Assembly (NCBI RefSeq): GCF_003428155.1
Contig: NZ_QLIR01000002.1
Location: forward strand, 215,182 to 247,181
Length of the DNA: 32,000 nucleotides
Direction of reading: 5' to 3'
Source of the DNA: Fastidiosibacter lacustris
GTDB taxonomy: Bacteria > Pseudomonadota > Gammaproteobacteria > Francisellales > Francisellaceae
The notes beneath the pieces were generated by a model, which did not search any database, was not told the DNA's origin, and worked only from the letters and a program-made list of their open reading frames with translations. Position 1 is the first letter of the stretch. Each line of letters begins with the position of its first letter. Positions 26,302-32,000 of this stretch are shown here, piece after piece. Position numbers and translations under genes: made by a program.

Positions 26302-28746
26302 ATGGAATATGTGGTGCACAAGTTTGGCGGGAGTAGCCTTGCAGATGTTATTAAAATTAAACACGTGATGAGAATTATTGGCACCACAGCACAATCAGTC
26401 GTTGTTTCTGCAAGTGGGAAAACGACCAGCTTATTAAAAAAGGCAATTGAACTTGCTTTAGAGAATAAAAGTAATCATAAGGTGCTTGAGCAGATTAGTG
26501 AACATCATATGACACTAATCAATGGCTTATGTCCAGATAATAAAAGTGTAATCAAAATTTTTAAAAAGGATATTGAGTATTTAAAACAAATATTGTTGAC
26601 TATTTGTTTAAGTGGCATTTGTGGGGATGCTCTGGAATACTTCATTCTTGGGTTTGGTGAGCTGTGGTCAGCACAGATTTTAACAGTAGTATTACAGCAA
26701 AATGATATTCAAGCTCAGTTTGTTGATGCGTCTACCGTTTTATTTATCGATGACCATCAAAAGCCTGTGGTAATTGATTGGCAAAGAAGCCAACAAGCCG
26801 TTGATAAACATATTATCGATAGAGCGAATAAGATTTACATTATTACTGGATTTATTGCACAAAACCAAGAGGGTAATCGTAGTATTTTAGGTATGAATTG
26901 CAGTGATTACTCATCGGCAATTTTTGCTAAATTGTTACAGGCGAATAAGCTTGTTATTTGGACGGATGTAGCTGGTATATATAGTGCTAATCCTCAAGTT
27001 GTAAAAAATGCAAGGCAGCTTAAACAATTATCATATAAAGAAGCTTTGGAGCTTGCTTATTTTGGTGCGTCAGTCGTGCATCCATTAACGATTAATCCAA
27101 TGATGGAAATGGGTACTCCAATTGAGATTAAAAGTAGTTTTGACCCACAAGATCCTGGAACGGTGATTGTAAAAAAACTTGATCAAGAAAACCTTGCTCA
27201 GTATCTTATCAAAGGATTAACAAGTATTTCCAATGTGGCACTCATGCGTGTGCAAGGTGCTGGTATTATCGGTGTGTCAGGTATGGCAGCAAAGGTATTT
27301 TCAGTACTTGAGCAGGCGCAAGTTTCAGTGATGATGATTTCACAGTCAAGTTCCGAATACTCGATTTGCTTTGCCATTGAATCTAAGTTTGCTAAGAAGG
27401 CAACTAAAGCGCTTGAACGGCATTTTAAAGCAGAGATTGAGCGTGGAGATATAGAGCATATTTACTGCGAAATAGGTTATGCACTTGTCACGGCGGTGGG
27501 AGATGGTTTAAGAGCACAGCCTGGTGCGTTGGCACGCGTGATTAAACCATTAGCTGATGCTAAAATCAATATTCATGCGATTACACAAGGTTCATCTGAA
27601 CGTAGCATCACAGTGACGGTTAAACAATTAGATGAGGATTTGGCGCTTAATTTGATTCATCAGCAAGCAAAGAACCCACCTCTACAAAACTTGGCAGTTG
27701 CAATTATTGGTACTGGTGGAGTTGGTAGCGAACTGATTAAACAGTTGCAAGCACAAAAAGCAAATCTTGAGGCAAAAAGCATCAATTTACAGTTGGTTGC
27801 TCTATTGAATTCTACAAATGCGCTTTATGCAGATGATCTATTAGTAAAAGAAAATCTATTAGGTTTGCTTAAAACAAACGTTGGTGGTCACTCTGACCTT
27901 GATCAGTTAATAAATCATATGCAAGCTTTATCTTGTGCACATAAAGTGATCGTGGATGCAACGGCAAATAGTATAATTGCTGAAAGTTATATTAAGTTTT
28001 TGCAAAATGGGATGAGTATTGTGACACCAAACAAATATGCCAATACCCAATCGATGGCTTATTATCAAACATTAAGAGCAACTGCTCAGCTGCATAACGT
28101 TGAATTTAAATATGAAACAAATGTTTGTGCGGGCTTGCCTTTGATTAGTACTATTCAAAGTATGCAACTAACGGGAGATAAAATTACTAAGATTAAAGGA
28201 GTTTTTTCAGGAACATTAAGCTTTATTTTCAATCAGATAAATCAAGGCAAAACTTTTGTTGAAAGTTTAATGTTAGCTTATAACGATGGCTACACTGAAC
28301 CTGACCCACGTGAAGATTTATCTGGCATGGATGTGGCACGTAAAGTGGTATGTTTAGCACGTGAAATTGGCTTAAGTATCGAGTTAAGTGATATTAACGT
28401 GCAGAACTTAACACCCACTGAATTAAGAAATTGTACAAAAGAAGTGTTCTTGGCAAAGGTTGCAGATTATGATCAGGCATTAACGGATAAATTTAAGAAG
28501 CTCAAAGGCAAATTAGCTGCACTACATTTTATTGGTGAAATTAATGTCAGCGGTAAGGTTGTTGTTTCTGTTTTGCCGTTAGAAGAAACAAGCCCATTTG
28601 TGAATTTAACAGGTGTGGATAATATGGTTTTGATTTATTCTAAACGCTATTGTAATACACCTATGGTGATTAGAGGTGCTGGTGCGGGGACAGAAGTAAC
28701 AGCAGCAGGTGTGTTTTCTGATATTCTATCGCTTGTTCGTGTATAG
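26302..28746 (+). CDS. thrA: bifunctional aspartokinase / homoserine dehydrogenase I
   Basis: N-terminal kinase VHKFGGSSLAD, WTDVAGIYSANP, ACT region and C-terminal homoserine dehydrogenase (IIGTGGVGS, TPNK, GAGAGTEVTAAGVFSDIL). Start at MEYVVHKFGG is preceded by AAGGTGG. Confidence 0.9.
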   Translation: MEYVVHKFGGSSLADVIKIKHVMRIIGTTAQSVVVSASGKTTSLLKKAIELALENKSNHKVLEQISEHHMTLINGLCPDNKSVIKIFKKDIEYLKQILLTICLSGICGDALEYFILGFGELWSAQILTVVLQQNDIQAQFVDASTVLFIDDHQKPVVIDWQRSQQAVDKHIIDRANKIYIITGFIAQNQEGNRSILGMNCSDYSSAIFAKLLQANKLVIWTDVAGIYSANPQVVKNARQLKQLSYKEALELAYFGASVVHPLTINPMMEMGTPIEIKSSFDPQDPGTVIVKKLDQENLAQYLIKGLTSISNVALMRVQGAGIIGVSGMAAKVFSVLEQAQVSVMMISQSSSEYSICFAIESKFAKKATKALERHFKAEIERGDIEHIYCEIGYALVTAVGDGLRAQPGALARVIKPLADAKINIHAITQGSSERSITVTVKQLDEDLALNLIHQQAKNPPLQNLAVAIIGTGGVGSELIKQLQAQKANLEAKSINLQLVALLNSTNALYADDLLVKENLLGLLKTNVGGHSDLDQLINHMQALSCAHKVIVDATANSIIAESYIKFLQNGMSIVTPNKYANTQSMAYYQTLRATAQLHNVEFKYETNVCAGLPLISTIQSMQLTGDKITKIKGVFSGTLSFIFNQINQGKTFVESLMLAYNDGYTEPDPREDLSGMDVARKVVCLAREIGLSIELSDINVQNLTPTELRNCTKEVFLAKVADYDQALTDKFKKLKGKLAALHFIGEINVSGKVVVSVLPLEETSPFVNLTGVDNMVLIYSKRYCNTPMVIRGAGAGTEVTAAGVFSDILSLVRV

Positions 28747-28881
28747 CTTAATCATTTTGGTTTAAAGAGCAGCATTTTGACGAGAAAAAAGTTAGAAATT
28801 GTAATTGCTTAGTCTGAAAGGATTTGTGTCACACTTATTTATGATAGACTACAACCAGAAATAAACTAGTCAGACAAAGCA

Positions 28882-30054
28882 ATGAAGCAAATCTACCTTG
28901 ATTACGCATCTACAACACCCGTTGCACAAGAAGTTATTGACGAAATGCTCAAATATTTAAGTTTTGAAAATATATTTGGGAATCCTGCATCCAACACTCA
29001 TGAATATGGTTGGTATGCAAAAGAGGCTGTGGATAAAGCAAGGCAGCAGGTTGCATTATTAATTTGTGCCGACAGTCGAGAAATTGTGTTTACATCAGGT
29101 GCTACTGAATCCGATAACCTTGCAATAAAAGGGGTTGCAGATGCTTATGCCAATAAAGGCAAGCATATTATTACATCTTCGATTGAGCATAAGGCTGTGA
29201 TTGATACTTGTGCTTACCTTGAGACAAAAGGCTATACAGTAAGCTATTTAGTACCCGATCAAAAGGGTCAGATTACAGCTGAACAAGTCATGCAAACAAT
29301 ACAACCAGATACGATTTTAGTGTCGCTTATGGCAGTCAACAATGAGCTTGGAACATGCTATCCTTTAGCAGAAATTGGCGCTTTATGTAAAGAAAACAAG
29401 ATTTTATTTCATGTGGATGCTGCGCAAGGCTTTGGTAAAATTGATGTTGATGTTAGAGCGATGAACATTGATTTGCTATCGATTTCAGCACATAAAATTT
29501 ATGGACCTAAAGGTGTAGGTGCACTTTATGTACGTAGAAAGCCTAAAGTGAAATTAACACCCTTAATTCATGGTGGGGGGCATGAAAATGGTTATCGCTC
29601 GGGGACCTTGGCTACTCATCAAATTGTGGGCTTAGGACAGGCTTGTGTACTTATGCAAAAAAAAGGTAACTCTTTTTATAGACACGTTGAAAACTTAAGA
29701 GCGATTTTTTTAAAAAAGATAGAAGCTTTACCAAATATTACGATTAATACACCACTGGCAAACAGTTATCCTGGCATTGTTAATATCACTTTCGAAGGAG
29801 TTGACGGTGAAGCATTGGTTGCAATGTTACATAACCTTGCTGTATCGATGGGCTCAGCTTGTAACTCAGCAAGCATTGAACCTTCATTTGTATTATTAAA
29901 TATCGGTTTGAGTCAGCAGCAAGCACATGCAAGTTTACGTTTTTCATTTGGACAATATACAACTGTAAGAGAAGTACATATAGCAGCAGATTCCGTTGTT
30001 GCTGCGGTAACAAAATTAAGAGCATTATCAGAGCAATGTGGTATGGGGGTGTAG
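28882..30054 (+). CDS. IscS-like class I cysteine desulfurase (PLP-dependent), about a dozen residues shorter at the C-terminus than E. coli IscS
   Basis: Colinear with E. coli IscS as recalled from memory: IYLDY.STTPV, FGNPAS, VFTSGATESDNLAIKG, KHIITS..EHKAV, PLP-Lys motif SAHKIYGPKGVGALYVRRKP, GGGHE.G.RSGT, active-site loop GSACNSASIEPS. It ends LRALSEQCGMGV. Confidence 0.88.
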   Translation: MKQIYLDYASTTPVAQEVIDEMLKYLSFENIFGNPASNTHEYGWYAKEAVDKARQQVALLICADSREIVFTSGATESDNLAIKGVADAYANKGKHIITSSIEHKAVIDTCAYLETKGYTVSYLVPDQKGQITAEQVMQTIQPDTILVSLMAVNNELGTCYPLAEIGALCKENKILFHVDAAQGFGKIDVDVRAMNIDLLSISAHKIYGPKGVGALYVRRKPKVKLTPLIHGGGHENGYRSGTLATHQIVGLGQACVLMQKKGNSFYRHVENLRAIFLKKIEALPNITINTPLANSYPGIVNITFEGVDGEALVAMLHNLAVSMGSACNSASIEPSFVLLNIGLSQQQAHASLRFSFGQYTTVREVHIAADSVVAAVTKLRALSEQCGMGV

Positions 30055-30390
30055 ATGTACAGTAAAAAAGTACTCTCGCTTTTAGATAATATTAATTCTA
30101 CAGATTTTCTGCCAAGTAAAACCGTTTTAAAGCAAGTTAAAATAGGGGAAGGCATGCAGCAGATTATTATTGCATGTGACGATAATCGCTATTATTTTGC
30201 TGCTATTGGTAGTCCTTATTTACTAGCAATGGGTAAATGGTTGAAGGACAATTTACAGCAAGGTACATGGATGAAGATTAAGGACTATCAAATCACCGAT
30301 TTAGTGGAATATTTTTCATTACCTGAGCATAAGCGCCAAGATGCGTTGTTAATTTTGAATTTAATTGAGCAGCTAAATCTAAATGCGTGA
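30055..30390 (+). CDS. small hypothetical protein with an IscU/NifU-N-like sequence pattern but lacking all three Fe-S ligand cysteines
   Basis: The ATG immediately follows the desulfurase stop. By-eye alignment to E. coli IscU: MYSKKVLSLLDNINSTDF vs MAYSEKVIDHYENPRNVGSF, FAAIGSPYLLAMGKWL vs FKTYGCGSAIASSSLV, and LPEHKRQDALLILNLIEQL vs LPPVKIHCSILAEDAIKAA. The CDS call is fairly solid; the family assignment is tentative. Confidence 0.6.
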   Translation: MYSKKVLSLLDNINSTDFLPSKTVLKQVKIGEGMQQIIIACDDNRYYFAAIGSPYLLAMGKWLKDNLQQGTWMKIKDYQITDLVEYFSLPEHKRQDALLILNLIEQLNLNA

Positions 30391-31093
30391 TAACCTTGAA
30401 AATGCAGTGATTTTGCACAGCCGAAAATACAAAGAGTCTTCACTGTTATTAACCTTATGGTTGCAATCTCATGGTAAGGTGAGTGCAGTTGCTCGAGTGA
30501 GTAAAACAAAAAGGACAGCATTTTTATATGAACCATTTTGTTTACTAAATGTTGAAATAAAACTTGCACATTCAGCTGAAGCCTTATCAACCATCAAATA
30601 TGTAGAGCTTGAAAAAAGCTATACCTTAGGCAGTTATTTATCACAGTTATCACGTTTATATTTAAACGAACTGTTATATTGGTTACTCCCTTTTGATCAT
30701 CATGATAAAAAATTATTTGACTGCTATCTTGCAGTGATCAGTGGACTTATGACTGATGAGGTAGCACCTTTATTACGCTACTTTGAATTACAATTATTAG
30801 AGAGCATTGGTTATGGCTTTTCGTATCAGTTCGATGAGAAAGATAATCCAATTGATCCAAACGGATATTATGAGATGTCAGCCTTATCAGCATTTTATCA
30901 AACTACACCAGGGAATGGAGTATTAGGTAAGACAATTTTAAAACTGGGTGAACCTGTATCTTGTTGGAATAACAAAGAGCTCGCTGTATTACAAAAACTA
31001 ATTCGCTTGAATTTAGATGCGTGTTTACATGGGAGAGCATTAAAAACACGAGAGTTGTTGATTAGTTATTTGCATGGATGTAAAAGCCGTTAA
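30383..31093 (+). CDS. recO: DNA repair / recombination mediator protein RecO
   Basis: The N-terminal OB-fold region AVILHSRKYKESSLLLTLW...GKVSAVAR resembles E. coli AFVLHSRPWSETSLMLDVF..GRVRLVAKG. It also has YLNELL, LRYFELQLLESIGYG and C-terminal LKTRELL. Overlaps the upstream ORF by 8 nt. Confidence 0.88.
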   Translation: MRDNLENAVILHSRKYKESSLLLTLWLQSHGKVSAVARVSKTKRTAFLYEPFCLLNVEIKLAHSAEALSTIKYVELEKSYTLGSYLSQLSRLYLNELLYWLLPFDHHDKKLFDCYLAVISGLMTDEVAPLLRYFELQLLESIGYGFSYQFDEKDNPIDPNGYYEMSALSAFYQTTPGNGVLGKTILKLGEPVSCWNNKELAVLQKLIRLNLDACLHGRALKTRELLISYLHGCKSR

Positions 31094-31107
31094 TTTTTGT
31101 TAATGGA

Positions 31108-31131
31108 AGTACCTAAGTACCTAAGTACCGT
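31108..31131. repeat. tandem octamer AGTACCTA, about 2.75 copies, lying in the loop of an 8-bp inverted repeat (31098-31105 / 31137-31144)
   Basis: Read directly: TGTTAATG-GA-AGTACCTA-AGTACCTA-AGTACCGT-AGTGT-CATTAACA, starting 5 nt after the recO stop. Confidence 0.7.
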
Positions 31132-31648
31132 AGTGTCATTAACAAGAGAAATTGTTGGACTAATCGGTGCGACGATGCTCTCCACTAAAAGCATATAGGT
31201 CCACAGGATATGGGACTGTTAAAATCACCTAAGCAGCTTTATAAAAAAATCCAAGCAACTGTAATTCATCTAGGTGATCAGGCAACACATGCAACTGACA
31301 ATACGAGACTTTGGTTCATCTTAACAAGCATAATGGTGACAATAATGTAAACAAGATAAGTGCTTAGTGCACAAGAAATCGGGTGACAACTAGTTTGATA
31401 CCTACTGTTTTGAGAATGCTAAAATACAGTATTTTTATTTGAATTAATACGGTTAATGTTTATCTTGGTATAGGATATAATCGGCGTGATACTGCTTACG
31501 GAAGAGTATGTTTGCAGTTAGGAGGTTAGGTAATAATTAGTTGGATGCTTAACTGAAAGAGGTCGTTATATTCTCTGATATATAGTTACAATCTCTCATG
31601 AATTCGAAGCAAAATTGGGCTGTGTCTAGTGAAGGAAAGGAGTAAAGA

Positions 31649-31825
31649 ATGCTTGAAACAGAAAAAGAGCTATTAATAAAAGCGGTTAGTAATCCAGTGT
31701 ATGCTAATATTGATACGTGGGAAATTATCAATAATCCATGGCTGCGACCGCTACGACCGTCATCTTTCAAATATTTGAATTCAATCTCTACGCTTGGTGA
31801 GAAGATTTATGCAGAAAAATTATAA
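31649..31825 (+). CDS. hypothetical small protein (58 aa)
   Basis: ATG preceded by AAGGAG with a 6-nt spacer. Translation: MLETEKELLIKAVSNPVYANIDTWEIINNPWLRPLRPSSFKYLNSISTLGEKIYAEKL. No recognisable family. Preferred over the antisense ORF 31549-31770, which needs a TTG start and has no Shine-Dalgarno (SD) sequence. Confidence 0.4.
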   Translation: MLETEKELLIKAVSNPVYANIDTWEIINNPWLRPLRPSSFKYLNSISTLGEKIYAEKL

Positions 31826-31848
31826 AAGAGACTTTTATTTTTTGTGGG

Positions 31849-31896
31849 CAGGTCAATCACTAAACGTATTAGGTGTATAAGTTTAGACTTGACCTG
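31849..31896. other. long composite stem-loop (8 bp + 6 bp stems)
   Basis: CAGGTCAA-TCA-CTAAAC-(15 nt)-GTTTAG-AC-TTGACCTG. A T5 run begins 10 nt downstream on the + strand and a T-rich tract lies upstream. Possibly a terminator for the small ORF or an operator. Confidence 0.35.
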
Positions 31897-32000
31897 ACAG
31901 TTGCCTATTTTTCAAACGCGATTTTTGTCAGATATGGTTGAGCAATTCAACCTTCTCTTGCCAGTGCGTTTTCCCATCAGTAAAAGTTGCTATTGGTGTT

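Noticed and set aside
29786-30590. Minus-strand ORFs 29786-30025, 29913-30155 and 30288-30590
   Set aside because: They are antisense to the desulfurase, IscU-like and recO genes. They are leucine/cysteine-rich shadow frames.
31403-31431. TACTGT ... ACAGTA half-sites resembling a LexA SOS box downstream of recO
   Set aside because: The CTGT and ACAG cores are separated by 17 nt rather than the 8 nt required for a gammaproteobacterial SOS box. It is better read as an AT-rich hairpin followed by a T-run.
31549-31770. 73-aa minus-strand ORF from the track
   Set aside because: It requires a TTG start without an SD sequence. The opposite strand carries a 58-aa ORF with AAGGAG-N6-ATG, so the plus-strand reading is preferred, though neither is proven.
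1-32000. CRISPR arrays, IS elements or transposases, prophage blocks, rRNA genes
   Set aside because: I saw no regularly spaced direct repeats, no transposase or phage-like ORFs, and no rRNA-like sequence on either strand. The only recombinase is the housekeeping XerD.

Overview
This is a visibly AT-rich chromosomal segment with gammaproteobacterial gene content and synteny (xerD, dusA, yrdA-lolB-ispE-tRNA-Gln, yajR, a gammaproteobacterial-type Zur box). A host-associated, Legionellales-like lineage is only a guess. Most of the window is tightly packed housekeeping: xerD, dusA, lolB, ispE, tRNA-Gln, coaX-folE, truA, ald, def, mnmA, thrA and recO. Transport modules are interleaved: a HlyB/HlyD-type type I secretion pair, a DUF47-PiT-YajR cluster, a Bcr/CflA MFS pump, and a colinear znuA-znuC-znuB-zur operon behind a near-perfect Zur box. 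I see no CRISPR array, IS element, phage block or integrase (other than XerD), and no convincing multi-gene defence island. Two genes are visibly decayed: the hlyB-like ABC transporter carries a single in-frame TAA, and a HAD-type nucleotidase has two frameshifts. The most unusual items are: (1) a tightly coupled operon of an IscS-like cysteine desulfurase, a small IscU-like protein lacking all three cluster-ligand cysteines, and recO; (2) a ketopantoate-reductase-like/GNAT fusion protein; (3) a gene-poor stretch after recO with an octamer tandem repeat inside an inverted repeat, a small well-signalled ORF and a long composite hairpin; (4) a PD-(D/E)xK nuclease tail of a larger gene cut by the left window edge. 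All homology statements come from by-eye motif recognition and need database confirmation.
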